64,000 bases of DNA. Source: Microgenomates group bacterium. GTDB lineage: Bacteria; Patescibacteriota; Microgenomatia; PFEM01; JBNASD01. This document shows, one piece after another, positions 46,921 through 56,920 of the stretch (positions are counted from its first letter, which is position 1; each line of letters starts with the position of its first letter). Under the pieces are notes generated by a model. The model did not search any database and was not told where the DNA came from. It saw only the letters and a program-made list of their open reading frames with translations. The position numbers and the translations under genes are program-made. The DNA lies in assembly GCA_049720225.1 (NCBI GenBank), contig JBNASD010000001.1, positions 293,217 through 357,216 on the forward strand, given 5' to 3'.

Positions 46921-47349
46921 TTATTTATGTCTGTATTTATTTTCTAAGCAATTTAATAATTTATTGATAGGCTCAATAAATTCTTCAGGAGGTATATAAA
47001 TCTTAAAACCTCCAAATAAATATTCAAATTGTTTGGTACGATAATATTCATTCATATGGCTAATTGATTTCAAAAACTGGTTGTCCAATTTATAAAGATT
47101 TAAAATTCCCTCTTTTTTACATAAATCTATTGCTTTTACAAGATCGTGTTTTAATTTTTTAATTTCATCAACTTTATAACCCCTGTAAAGAAGAAAAGAT
47201 TTAAAAGCAAGCTCCATTGAATGAAAAAGAAGAAAATATTTAACATTTGTCTTTTCTGTAATATTAGGGCACTTTTCATTTATAATTTTAAATGAGGACA
47301 AAAAGTCTTTTGCATATGTTAAATAGCCTATGTGTGTAGTTCCTCTCAT
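46921..47349 (-). CDS. HEPN-like domain protein
   Basis: AKDFL, YFLLFHSMELAFKSFL, KHDL, FEY pattern typical of the HEPN helical fold. Confidence 0.6.
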   Translation of the reverse strand: MRGTTHIGYLTYAKDFLSSFKIINEKCPNITEKTNVKYFLLFHSMELAFKSFLLYRGYKVDEIKKLKHDLVKAIDLCKKEGILNLYKLDNQFLKSISHMNEYYRTKQFEYLFGGFKIYIPPEEFIEPINKLLNCLENKYRHK

Positions 47350-47498
47350 ATAAAATTTTTTAATTTATTTTAAATTATTTAGTGAACTAATCAAAAACCG
47401 GGAATTTACAAATTGACGAAATCTGAAGCAAGTCCCGAAATAGAGGTATGAAAACAAAAAACACCTAAAGGTTGCAAATATTAGAAAAACTCTATTTT

Positions 47499-48197
47499 TT
47501 AAATTTTGTTTAATAATATCCTAAGTAATATTCCAAATATGTCTAATAAGACTTTAAAATATGGCAACAAAAGAATTGTTATTATAAACCATAGGTCTCT
47601 TTTCAGTATTCTTCCTGATTGCCTATCATCATCTACTAAAACAATAGCAGGATATAAAAAATCAAGTTTTTCTAAAATATTAAAATAAATGAAAACAAGC
47701 AAAAAAGTTAAGTGTTGATTAATATATAGAAATTTTTTATTTAAAAATATTAAAAGCGTTCCTGTTAATAAAGAAAGAGCCCCTGCCAAAAGCAATGTTA
47801 TAAGTGTAAAATGGTTATTCCAACTTTTTTCATAAAATATTTTTTTAATAAATTTTTCACACTCTAATATAACCCCCTCCTCTTCAAAACCAAGATTTAC
47901 ATAAATTTTTTTGGAATAATCAATGGTTTTAATTTCAATATGAATCTTATTACCCCAATACAAAAGACGTATCCCTCTTATAAATTTAAAATTATTTTTA
48001 ATACTTCTTATTACCTCTGATTCGCTATTACAAGAGCACTCTTCTTCATTCTTTATTCTTAAAATCATCTCTACTTTTTCTTTACATATGCCCTTAGTGT
48101 CCTTTTTGGCTTTTTCAGAAAGAAAGTTATATAGATTAATAATTTCATCAATAGAACATATAGAAGAATTTAATTCAAAAGATTTAAAATATCTCAT
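47499..48197 (-). CDS. Hypothetical protein, soluble N-domain plus C-terminal TMs
   Basis: 232-aa very AT-rich ORF co-oriented with RM gene. Confidence 0.65.
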   Translation of the reverse strand: MRYFKSFELNSSICSIDEIINLYNFLSEKAKKDTKGICKEKVEMILRIKNEEECSCNSESEVIRSIKNNFKFIRGIRLLYWGNKIHIEIKTIDYSKKIYVNLGFEEEGVILECEKFIKKIFYEKSWNNHFTLITLLLAGALSLLTGTLLIFLNKKFLYINQHLTFLLVFIYFNILEKLDFLYPAIVLVDDDRQSGRILKRDLWFIITILLLPYFKVLLDIFGILLRILLNKI

Positions 48198-48277
48198 ACT
48201 CTTATTTCTTTTCTTATTAACACCAGTTTAATTAACCCCGATATTCGACGAATGATTTAAATTTTAATAAACCTTTA

Positions 48278-51200
48278 TCAACCAAAGATATTTTCCCAAA
48301 CCATATTTTTAATTCTTTCGGCAATTTTAAAATTGACAATTCCCTCAAGGGCTTCATCTATAAATTTATTTATTCTTTCATACTCTTTTTTAATAATCGT
48401 TAAGTCATTTTTAAATCTATTTTCAGGAATTATAACTTCCTCTCGTTTCATAAGAACAAATAATTGCAGTAATTCTGCCTCATCTTGGCTTTGACAGTCA
48501 ATTTTTTGTTTACCGCAAACTAACTGCCAACCTAGCAAACTTTGAATTACTTGAGGTTTCTGTTTGCTATCGGAGGGCAATTTTACTAATTTTCCTTTTT
48601 TATTCTTTAAAGGATTATACTTTTGCCAAATAGCAGTTAATGGAGTTTTGCCAATCCATTTTAAAATTTGCTCTACCTGTTTTTCCTCAACCACCTTTTT
48701 TTTGGATTTATTTTTTGAGGTAACACTTTTAGCTCGTTTAAGACGGGAGGAAACTAAATCAATAATTGCTCGATAAACCTCTAACTGCTCTTCTTCAGTT
48801 AGACCCAAAATATCACCCATAATGATTTGGTCAAGTTTTCTAAGTTGAGGGTTAATTTTGTGTAAAAAAACTTCATCTAAAGTACTTGCTCTTAATAAAG
48901 CAAAAATATTCTCCATTAAAGTAGAAGACAATTTGCTAAGCAAGATTTGCACCTCAGTTATTTTGGATTCTTCGATCACTTTGGGATTAGGCAATAATAT
49001 TTTTTTAAATTCGTAGGTTTGAATTTTTAATAGACCACCTCCAAAAGTAGTTCTGCCTTCTATGTTTTCAAAAAACCAAAACAAAGATGAATTTATCAAA
49101 GGGGCTATGAGGTAATTCGTGTGTATTTCCTGAAAATCATCGCTTACATTAACACTACCAACATATCCTCTTCCTATATCATGAATAAGGTAATTGATAT
49201 TAAGATTTGTTATTCTCCTTTTTCCTAAATCATACCATCTTTTCCTGCTCGCACATGTTGGTCTTTTGTGAAACCCTTTTCTTTCACCTTCTTTGATATA
49301 CTTTAAAACATTAGTCCCTTTGAGTTCTTCTTTATCTTTATGAATCATCAAAACCCTATATTTTAGGTCCTTGGGGTTAATGACAATCGACTTGCATTCG
49401 CGGGGAGATTTAATAATATAGTTTGGCACCCAATTACCCTTTTCATCTTGATGCATCCAAAATTCTTTTTCAATACCTCTCCTTTTAATTTCCTCTTCGG
49501 TGAGATAAAAAAATTCATTAGCTCCTGTGGTGATACCCCTGCGAACATCAGCTACTTCTTTAAGAGGCACTAATTTGTCTTTGCATTTTTCCAGAATTTT
49601 AAAAAAGATTTGCGGAGCCCTGATGTACTTTCCCCATTTTGAACCAACATAAGTTTGCGTTTCTTCATCAAATCCTTCATCCCATAGTTCTTTTTGTAAT
49701 TTTGGGTAAATTCTTATCTTTTCGTCTTCAAAATATTTATCATGAGCTAAGATTAAATCCTTAAGTTGACTGATTTTTTGCCATCTTTCTTTTTGAAGTG
49801 CTTGATTGGTAGAAAAAATCGGGATAAAATCAGAAAGTGGTTTTTTAAGCTGAACAAAGCGAACTAAATTATTATCTCTTTCTTCCTTGTTTTTTTCTCC
49901 CTCGCATTTTTCCAAAATTACAATACAGGTATTAATATCCGCATCTTCAAACCAGCGCTCGACTTTTGATTCGATAATGGCAATAATTTTGGCATTTTTG
50001 AGAAAAAATTCTTGAAGACCTTTGCCGTAATCAACATCAAGCCAGGAGTTGGAAACAATAAACCCAAACATCCCTCCATTTTGGAGAAATTTGAAACCGT
50101 GAACAAAAAAATAAGCGTGAATGCCTGCTCTCTTAGAAATTGTTGCCAGTTTTTTTCCTCGAGTATCATAAATAGCTGATTCTATTAATTTTTCTTTGTA
50201 TCGCTCTCCCTTGCCTGAAATATCTTCAATTTCTTCCTGCCGAGTGTAAGGAGGATTACCAACAACGGCATTAACTATTCTTGGGTAAGGTATTTTCTGA
50301 ATTGTACCGTCATATCTTTTAACTTCTTTTGCGTCTATATTTGGATACTCTGCCAATCCACCAAGTTTTAACTCAAAAAAATCATTTTGAAAAATTTGCG
50401 GATAGTTATCTTTTTCTCTTAAATCTCTTATGACTAAATTAATTGTTGCAAGATGAGCAGGAAATTTAGCAATATCTACGCCCCATAAAGAAGAAAGTAT
50501 TTCTTTGTGCGTCAATGTTGGGTCAAGAAGTCTTTTAAGAAAATAGCTTTGGATTAAAAAGGTACCTGTGCCACAAGCAGGGTCTAAAACCGTATCTTTG
50601 GTAGGATTTTTGAGACAAAAATTAAGAATTAAATCAACAACATCAGTGCGAGTAAAATATTGACCAAGATTGTGTCTTTCTGCTGCAGGAATTAAATTTT
50701 CAAATATCTTTCCGATAGTATCAGGAGTATCTTTTACCAACTGACCCCAATCGTATTTATTTAAAGCCTCAATAAGGTCAATTATCGTTTGAATTACTGC
50801 CTGATTGTTAGTTGAGAAAGCCAATGTATCAATAAAATCGGTAGAATAAATAGTCTCATAATCAATATTTAAAACATGCTGGAATTTTGCTTGCAGTTCT
50901 GTTTGGAGCTGACCGCCTGTGGCTAAATCACGAGGTATTTTTAGCTCCGGGATTCGTGCAGTTTGTGCCCGAAGGATCTCATAAAAGAATATTTTATTTA
51001 CCAAAAGATAAGCAGTTTGTCGAGCGGCTTTTTCAAAATCATAAGTCTCAGGGAATGGTGGTAAACTCCAAAACTGTTCAGAAAACCATTTTCTAAGTTT
51101 TTTTCTAAAATCGGTATCACTTTGATATTTTTCTTCAATGACAGGAAGATAAAGTCTTGTTAAAATTTTGATTTTCTCTAAAAGTCTAAAAATTAAAATT

Positions 51201-51736
51201 TCATCTAGTGGTAATTTTTTAGGCTTTTCTTTTTTGAAGTATAAAGCATAAAGGTCCAAAAGTATTTTTTTGAGTTCTTTTTGAATAGGCAATTGATAAG
51301 AGAAGTTTTCCAAATAGTCTAAATTTTCAATATTAGAAAGATTGTATTTAGCAATAATTTGGTCTTCTTCTTTTTTTAGATTGTTAACTTTTGCGGTATC
51401 CCAAAGAATAAGAGTCTTAAAATTAGAGGTAGCGAAGTATGGAGACTTTCTTAAGGTTGCCTTTTTACGCGCCGGTTCTTTTAGATTCTCCCCATCAAAA
51501 ACGTCATAAAAAGGAGGCTTAAATTCAATTAGCAATAATGTTCTGGTGTTTTCGGGCGAATCATAAAGAATACAGTCCGGTCTTTTTCCATCCACTCCTT
51601 TCTTTTCTATCCTTGCTTGACCAAATGGTAAATTTTCTTCTCTAATAATTTGGTTTATCCATTCAGCAATAATAGCAGCAGCGCTCCATTCTGTATGATG
51701 ATCAATAATTTCAAAAGGGTTTACGAATTTATTCAT
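48278..51736 (-). CDS. Type IIG/IIL restriction-modification enzyme (nuclease-N6 MTase-TRD)
   Basis: RPDCIL...IEFK nuclease; GQYFT, LDPACGTGTF, GNPPY; VRRGITTGANEFF; C-terminal TRD region. Confidence 0.9.
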   Translation of the reverse strand: MNKFVNPFEIIDHHTEWSAAAIIAEWINQIIREENLPFGQARIEKKGVDGKRPDCILYDSPENTRTLLLIEFKPPFYDVFDGENLKEPARKKATLRKSPYFATSNFKTLILWDTAKVNNLKKEEDQIIAKYNLSNIENLDYLENFSYQLPIQKELKKILLDLYALYFKKEKPKKLPLDEILIFRLLEKIKILTRLYLPVIEEKYQSDTDFRKKLRKWFSEQFWSLPPFPETYDFEKAARQTAYLLVNKIFFYEILRAQTARIPELKIPRDLATGGQLQTELQAKFQHVLNIDYETIYSTDFIDTLAFSTNNQAVIQTIIDLIEALNKYDWGQLVKDTPDTIGKIFENLIPAAERHNLGQYFTRTDVVDLILNFCLKNPTKDTVLDPACGTGTFLIQSYFLKRLLDPTLTHKEILSSLWGVDIAKFPAHLATINLVIRDLREKDNYPQIFQNDFFELKLGGLAEYPNIDAKEVKRYDGTIQKIPYPRIVNAVVGNPPYTRQEEIEDISGKGERYKEKLIESAIYDTRGKKLATISKRAGIHAYFFVHGFKFLQNGGMFGFIVSNSWLDVDYGKGLQEFFLKNAKIIAIIESKVERWFEDADINTCIVILEKCEGEKNKEERDNNLVRFVQLKKPLSDFIPIFSTNQALQKERWQKISQLKDLILAHDKYFEDEKIRIYPKLQKELWDEGFDEETQTYVGSKWGKYIRAPQIFFKILEKCKDKLVPLKEVADVRRGITTGANEFFYLTEEEIKRRGIEKEFWMHQDEKGNWVPNYIIKSPRECKSIVINPKDLKYRVLMIHKDKEELKGTNVLKYIKEGERKGFHKRPTCASRKRWYDLGKRRITNLNINYLIHDIGRGYVGSVNVSDDFQEIHTNYLIAPLINSSLFWFFENIEGRTTFGGGLLKIQTYEFKKILLPNPKVIEESKITEVQILLSKLSSTLMENIFALLRASTLDEVFLHKINPQLRKLDQIIMGDILGLTEEEQLEVYRAIIDLVSSRLKRAKSVTSKNKSKKKVVEEKQVEQILKWIGKTPLTAIWQKYNPLKNKKGKLVKLPSDSKQKPQVIQSLLGWQLVCGKQKIDCQSQDEAELLQLFVLMKREEVIIPENRFKNDLTIIKKEYERINKFIDEALEGIVNFKIAERIKNMVWENIFG

Positions 51737-52092
51737 TTTGTTTTTTCTTTTATTTCCTTAGTAACCTGATTGACGATTCTTCTAGCTATTTCCAGCGCCG
51801 CGGCAATTCTTACCACTTTTACTTGTTTTAATCCCTTAATTTGATAAAGTTTTTCAAAGGGTTGATTAGCTAATCCCCTAAAATCTTTAAATCTTTCGAT
51901 TATTTCTTCTGCCATTTTTAAAGCAGGTTTTTTAGGTATACCTGAACCAATCAAAATTGCTAAAAGTTCTGCATCTGTACAATATTGGGCCCCTTTTCTT
52001 AGAAGTTTACCTCCAGGGTGTTTCCATGTTATCCTTTTTATCCCAAAATTTTTTCTTTCTTTCCCTTTCTCCATTTTTCTATATTTTCCCAC
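51733..52092 (-). CDS. RadC N-terminal (UPF0758_N, HhH) domain-only protein
   Basis: HPGGKL..KGA...TDAELLAILIGSG, QIKGL..VK...IAAALEIARR; no JAB domain. Confidence 0.85.
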   Translation of the reverse strand: MGKYRKMEKGKERKNFGIKRITWKHPGGKLLRKGAQYCTDAELLAILIGSGIPKKPALKMAEEIIERFKDFRGLANQPFEKLYQIKGLKQVKVVRIAAALEIARRIVNQVTKEIKEKTK

Positions 52093-52265
52093 AAAAATTC
52101 TTTCTTCTCAATAAAAAATGAGGAAAAAACTATATCAAGTAATAAATTTAAATCTCCGTTTTTTCTTTACTTTTGATAATACGGAAGTATACGAATAACA
52201 GTGGTTTAAAAGATAATATTTGGAGAAAAAAGTAAAGTTTAATATAATATTTATATCCAACAAAA

Positions 52266-53327
52266 ATGGCAATTATTATTTCAAAAAGCGGTCAAAATGC
52301 AATTAAAATTGAAAAAAGTGATCTTGAAAATGAGAAACATCTTCAACAATATATTTATAACAATCCAGAAAGTATTCCTCTTTACAATATTAAAGAAGAT
52401 ATTCGTCTTTTAATTTTAGCACGCGAATTTTCCACTAAAAGTGGACCAATTGATGCCTTGGGAATTGATAAAGATGGCGAAATTTACCTAATTGAAACAA
52501 AACTTTATAAAAATTCTGATAAAAGAATGGTTGTAGCCCAAGTTTTAGATTATGGAGCATCTCTCTGGTCTAATTATCGAGACTTTAATAATTTTATTAA
52601 TCAAATAGAAACCCACACATTTAAAGATTTTAATCAAAATCTAAGCCAAAGACTAAATGACTTTTTTGGTATATCAAAAGAAGAAGAAAAAACGCTTTTA
52701 GAAAATGTTAGAAGAAATTTGAATGAAGGAAATTTTAAATTTGTAGTTTTAATGGATCATTTACATGATCAACTCAAAGATTTAATTATTTTCTTAAACA
52801 ATAACAGCGAATTTACAATTTATGCGGTAGAACTGGAATATTACAAACACCAAGACTTTGAAATTTTAATTCCTAAACTTTACGGCGCAGAAATTAAAAA
52901 AGATATCGGAAAAAATACCCCTGTTATACCAACAGACGACGATTTTATTAAAGCTTTTCAAGGCCAACCAGAGGAAAATAAAGTTAAAGAACTAATCGAT
53001 TTCTTTAACGATTTAAGAGAAGGAAGAAAAAAAATTAAAAATGTAACAGTTGCCAAAACATTTAAGAATCTAAATTTTTATGTGACTACCAGTTATCAAG
53101 ATAAGATTTCCATTTCTTTATATATTCAAAGAAGAGAAGGCAGTTTAGATTTTTGGGGAACCAAAAAAATTGATCAAATAGTAAGGGAAAAGATTAAAAA
53201 ATTGCTTCCTCGTGCCGAAATCCAAAAAGAAATGACGACAAGTTTTGGCATTATTGCTAAATGGCCAATGAAAGATTATTCAACAGAGAAATTTGAACAA
53301 TTACTTCGAAAATTAAGTCAAATCTAA
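52266..53327 (+). CDS. NucS/DUF91-like PD-(D/E)XK endonuclease
   Basis: EKHLQ, REF...GPIDAL.ID..G...LIETK, AQVLDY. Confidence 0.75.
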   Translation: MAIIISKSGQNAIKIEKSDLENEKHLQQYIYNNPESIPLYNIKEDIRLLILAREFSTKSGPIDALGIDKDGEIYLIETKLYKNSDKRMVVAQVLDYGASLWSNYRDFNNFINQIETHTFKDFNQNLSQRLNDFFGISKEEEKTLLENVRRNLNEGNFKFVVLMDHLHDQLKDLIIFLNNNSEFTIYAVELEYYKHQDFEILIPKLYGAEIKKDIGKNTPVIPTDDDFIKAFQGQPEENKVKELIDFFNDLREGRKKIKNVTVAKTFKNLNFYVTTSYQDKISISLYIQRREGSLDFWGTKKIDQIVREKIKKLLPRAEIQKEMTTSFGIIAKWPMKDYSTEKFEQLLRKLSQI

Positions 53328-53504
53328 AAACCCATCAATTCCACCTTCCAAAAATCTTTTTTTTAATCTTTGTCAATGACCAAAATAGGAAGGCTTTTGC
53401 GTCATTTTTTCTTATTTTTTCACAAACTCCTTTTCTTCTCAAGAAAAAATATTATAGTTATTTTTTTTATTTTTTTAAACTTTAATAATATAATTAATCA
53501 AAAC

Positions 53505-53792
53505 ATGCGCGAAAAAGAACTTCATCCTTATCAGCGAAGATTAGGGGAAGAGGGAGAATTAGAAAGATATCTTTTCCCAAAAGGGACAATGATTTGGCCG
53601 AAATATTCAGGAAGAGGAATTTTAACTCAAGATTGCTATGCAAAAAGATTAAACTGTAAAATAAGAGGTCTAACCGGTTTTAAAAGTTGTGAACCACTCT
53701 TTTTACGTTTAGACGAAAGGCATTGGACTTTACCGGAAGGAACTACTTTTGGAGCATATGTAAAGACTGGCAAAAAGCGTAAAATAAAATAA
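53505..53792 (+). CDS. Hypothetical protein
   Basis: Likely start MREKELHPY at 53505. Confidence 0.5.
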   Translation: MREKELHPYQRRLGEEGELERYLFPKGTMIWPKYSGRGILTQDCYAKRLNCKIRGLTGFKSCEPLFLRLDERHWTLPEGTTFGAYVKTGKKRKIK

Positions 53793-53879
53793 AAAAAGGA
53801 AACACCACAAATAGAAGATTATCCTTATTCTTATGCTACTACCGGTGCTTCTGAATATAAATTTTCTTTTGGTTCTACA

Positions 53880-54519
53880 TTGGCAAAATTAAGAGAAAAA
53901 ATTGCTCCTTTCAGATTCGGATTAGCAGCGAAAGAAATTATTCGCAGTCTAAATCTGGAAGGGAAAGAAAAAATTTTAGAAATAGGTAGCGGATTAGGAT
54001 TGCTAGGCCAAGAAATTAAAAAAAGAATTGGAACAAAAACTTTTTATGTAGGAATAGATCTTGCTTTTAATCCCCTTGAAAAAAGTAAAGATAGAGAAAT
54101 TTTGCCAGTTCAGGGGAACGCAATTAAACTTCCCTTTACCGATGAAGCTTTTGATGTAGTGATTTCTACCGATGTTTTAGAACATATTCCTAACGCAGAA
54201 GAAGTGATAAAAGAAATAAGAAGAGTTTTAAAACCGGGAGGTAAAGCTTTTATTGTTATTGCGGATCCTTCAGAACCAAGATTTGAAAATGTTGTTGACC
54301 ATATTAAAAGATCCCAAAGTGCCTCTGATGTTCCTTTGGGAAAATCTTTTTCGAAAAAATGGTTTTACTATTCTTCCAGAGTCCCAAAAATATCGCCAGA
54401 AAGATTGGCGAAAAATTTTCAATCTTCCATTTTTAGTAAAATTACGCAATAAACCGGGTTTTGCCTGTGCTTTTAATCCCGTATGTCGCCCGGGAGTTTA
54501 TATTTTAAAACGAAATTAA
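53880..54519 (+). pseudogene. Class I SAM methyltransferase, frameshifted near 54335
   Basis: ILEIGSGLG, LPFTDEAFD, VLEHI, RVLKPGG; C-terminus WENLFRKNGF... in the +1 frame. Confidence 0.75.
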
Positions 54520-54528
54520 ATTAAAATC

Positions 54529-54981
54529 TTAACAAACCAAAAGATAAAAAATTCCACTGATTAAAAGAGTCGATAAAATTGGCAAAATTACTTTTTGGAA
54601 AGGAAAGAAGGCTTTGCCAGAATTTTTAGTGCGCAAAAACTTATCAACTAAAAATCCTAAATAAAAAAAGATTGTTCCTACCGTTATCCCCAACCAAATT
54701 TTACAAACTCCCCAGATTTTACAATAAGGATTATTTAGTTTGCCGGCAATCTGTAAACTTGCTAACGTTAAAAGATAAAAAACTACCACCCAGCTTATTT
54801 CCGGATAGGGAAGTTTAATTTTTTTAAATTTACCCGCCATCGCCAAAGCTAAAGCAGTAACTAACGCGCCAATCCAGATAGCGGCAATCAAATCATCAAC
54901 TCCTAATTTTTCGGCAATCCAAAGACCACCACCAACTGCCACCACACAAACTGGACAAGTAGCAAAAACGGGTTTTATCAT
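54529..54981 (-). CDS. Membrane protein with N-terminal CPVC motif
   Basis: ATCPVCVVAVGGG, GVDD...WIG, FPFQKV. Confidence 0.75.
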   Translation of the reverse strand: MIKPVFATCPVCVVAVGGGLWIAEKLGVDDLIAAIWIGALVTALALAMAGKFKKIKLPYPEISWVVVFYLLTLASLQIAGKLNNPYCKIWGVCKIWLGITVGTIFFYLGFLVDKFLRTKNSGKAFFPFQKVILPILSTLLISGIFYLLVC

Positions 54982-55364
54982 TGATATTTTGAAGAAAGAT
55001 AATCAATAATCGGCTGGTCGCCTATAATACATCTTCCCTTGTCATATAAAAAGGGTACACCAATCCCCTGACTTCCATCAACTTGACATTCTTTTGCTTT
55101 GGCAACCATTTCTTTGCTGTTTTCTTGATTATAATAAACTTCTTTTTTGACTAAACCTGATTTTTCTTCTATTTTGGGATTTTTTGTCAACCACTCTTCT
55201 ACTTTTTGACAATGAGGGCAGGTTTTTCCATAAAAAAGGATTACTGAAGATTGATTATCTCCTTTTACTTCAGGATTTTGAGAGGGATTTTTTGGTCCAC
55301 TAAATAAAAGATAGCCAACAATTAAAACACCGGCAATGAAAATGGCTAAAAATATTTTTTTCAT
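54978..55364 (-). CDS. Membrane-anchored glutaredoxin/thioredoxin-like protein
   Basis: FYGKTCPHC, GVPFL, GDQPI. Confidence 0.85.
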   Translation of the reverse strand: MKKIFLAIFIAGVLIVGYLLFSGPKNPSQNPEVKGDNQSSVILFYGKTCPHCQKVEEWLTKNPKIEEKSGLVKKEVYYNQENSKEMVAKAKECQVDGSQGIGVPFLYDKGRCIIGDQPIIDYLSSKYQ

Positions 55365-55936
55365 TCGATGCAACAATCAATAATTTTTTTAACTAGATCT
55401 CCTAATTTGGAAAAAATTCCCGCTTCCCCTTTAATTTTTGGCGGTTCTTCTTCGCTAATAAGATTTATTTTATCATTTTTTTCCATTTTAATCTCCTCCA
55501 GTTTAACTACTCCTAAATTTAATCCCCAAAATAAAGAATAAAGATGATATGATTTTGCAAATAGTTCCTCCGCTTGTTTTTTCTCGCCTTTAGTTAAAAA
55601 CTTTGTTCCCACCTCTAAAAGTCTCATCGAAGTAGATAAAAGATGCTTGGCAATACACCACCATTCACCTTCGGGATTTTTAACTAATCTTTTCATTAAA
55701 CTTTTACGCATTTCCCGAACCTCATTTAATAAATCCAAATATTTGGGGTTTTTGGTTTTGCTAAAAGTAAAAAATAAATGCTCCTCAATGGCGATTAAAT
55801 TCATTACCCCAACCGATAAATCCTCATCAGAAGACAAATCCAGTTTTTCTCCCCGCTCTAATTTTTTGGCTTTTTCAAGAAATTTTTGAATATCTTCGCT
55901 TTTAATGCTTTTCATTGTTTTTTGATTATAACTCAA
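55361..55936 (-). CDS. Conserved hypothetical helical protein ending in CC
   Basis: EDLS...MNLIAIEEH, WCIAKH, IIDCCIE. Confidence 0.72.
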   Translation of the reverse strand: MSYNQKTMKSIKSEDIQKFLEKAKKLERGEKLDLSSDEDLSVGVMNLIAIEEHLFFTFSKTKNPKYLDLLNEVREMRKSLMKRLVKNPEGEWWCIAKHLLSTSMRLLEVGTKFLTKGEKKQAEELFAKSYHLYSLFWGLNLGVVKLEEIKMEKNDKINLISEEEPPKIKGEAGIFSKLGDLVKKIIDCCIE

Positions 55937-55946
55937 TTTTTAAATT

Positions 55947-56213
55947 TTAACTACATTGACAATTCCCTGCAAAACATTTTCCCTGGCAGCTACTACATTT
56001 CTTTTTCTTCCCAAACTTTATTTCTTTTTCATCTACTTCTTTTCCGCATTTTGGGCAGGAAGCTACTCTTTTTCGACAAACTCCATAAATTTGGTGTCGC
56101 CATTCTTTTAATTTTCCTTCGGTGGTAAATTTTAATTTACAATTTGGACAAAAAAATAATCTTTTCATTTGATTTATTTTATCTTGAAAAAACTTCAGTC
56201 TTTCAAAAACCAC
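55947..56213 (-). CDS. Small Cys-rich zinc-ribbon-like protein
   Basis: CPNC, CPKC, CSSCQGKCFAGNCQCS; start may be MKRLFFC at 56168. Confidence 0.65.
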   Translation of the reverse strand: MVFERLKFFQDKINQMKRLFFCPNCKLKFTTEGKLKEWRHQIYGVCRKRVASCPKCGKEVDEKEIKFGKKKKCSSCQGKCFAGNCQCS

Positions 56214-56920
56214 ATTAAAAGCAAACCCGTTAAAATTAGAAGAAATTGAGAAATTGAATCTTTAAGGTTTTCTTTCTTATGAAGCTCGGGAATTAAATCC
56301 GTTCCAGCAATATATAAAAACCCTCCGGCAGCAAAAGGAATAAAGTAGAATAAAATTGAAGAAATTTTTTCCGCCAAAAATAAAACTACCACTGCTCCTA
56401 AAACCGCGGTTAAAGCGGAAAGAAAATTAAAAAACAATGCCTTTTTCTTTTTCATTCCTCCATAAAGCAAAACGGAAAAATCACCAATTTCCTGAGGAAT
56501 TTCATGAAAAATTACTGCTAATGTCGTACTTAATCCTAAAGAAAAGTTAGTTAAAAAAGCACTCGCAATAATCGCCCCGTCTAAAAAATTATGAAGGCTA
56601 TCACCTAAAAGATTTAAATACACAAAAGCATGCTCATCGCAATGTCCCAAATGACAATGACGCCAATGAAGAAATTTTTCTAAAATAAAAAACATTAAAA
56701 AAGAAATAGCGGTTAAAAGAAAAGTTTTTTCTCCTATTGTTTCAATTGATTCCGGTAAAAGATGAAAAAAAGCACTCCCTAAAAGCGCTCCGCAGGCAAA
56801 ACTTACCAAAAAAACCAAAAGGCGATTTAAAAATTTTTCCTGAAGACTAATAAAAAATATTCCTAAAAAAGAAATCAAACTTACTAAAATTACACTAGCA
56901 AAAATATAAATCTCTTTCAT
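56195..56920 (-). CDS. ZIP family metal transporter
   Basis: HWRHCH, GDSLHNFLDG, HEIPQEIGDF, DLIPELH. Confidence 0.92.
   Translation of the reverse strand: MKEIYIFASVILVSLISFLGIFFISLQEKFLNRLLVFLVSFACGALLGSAFFHLLPESIETIGEKTFLLTAISFLMFFILEKFLHWRHCHLGHCDEHAFVYLNLLGDSLHNFLDGAIIASAFLTNFSLGLSTTLAVIFHEIPQEIGDFSVLLYGGMKKKKALFFNFLSALTAVLGAVVVLFLAEKISSILFYFIPFAAGGFLYIAGTDLIPELHKKENLKDSISQFLLILTGLLLMWFLKD

Noticed and set aside
46711-48277. Integron cassette array (co-oriented genes with long spacers)
   Set aside because: No RYYYAAC...GTTRRRY attC pairs, spacers not similar to each other, no integrase.
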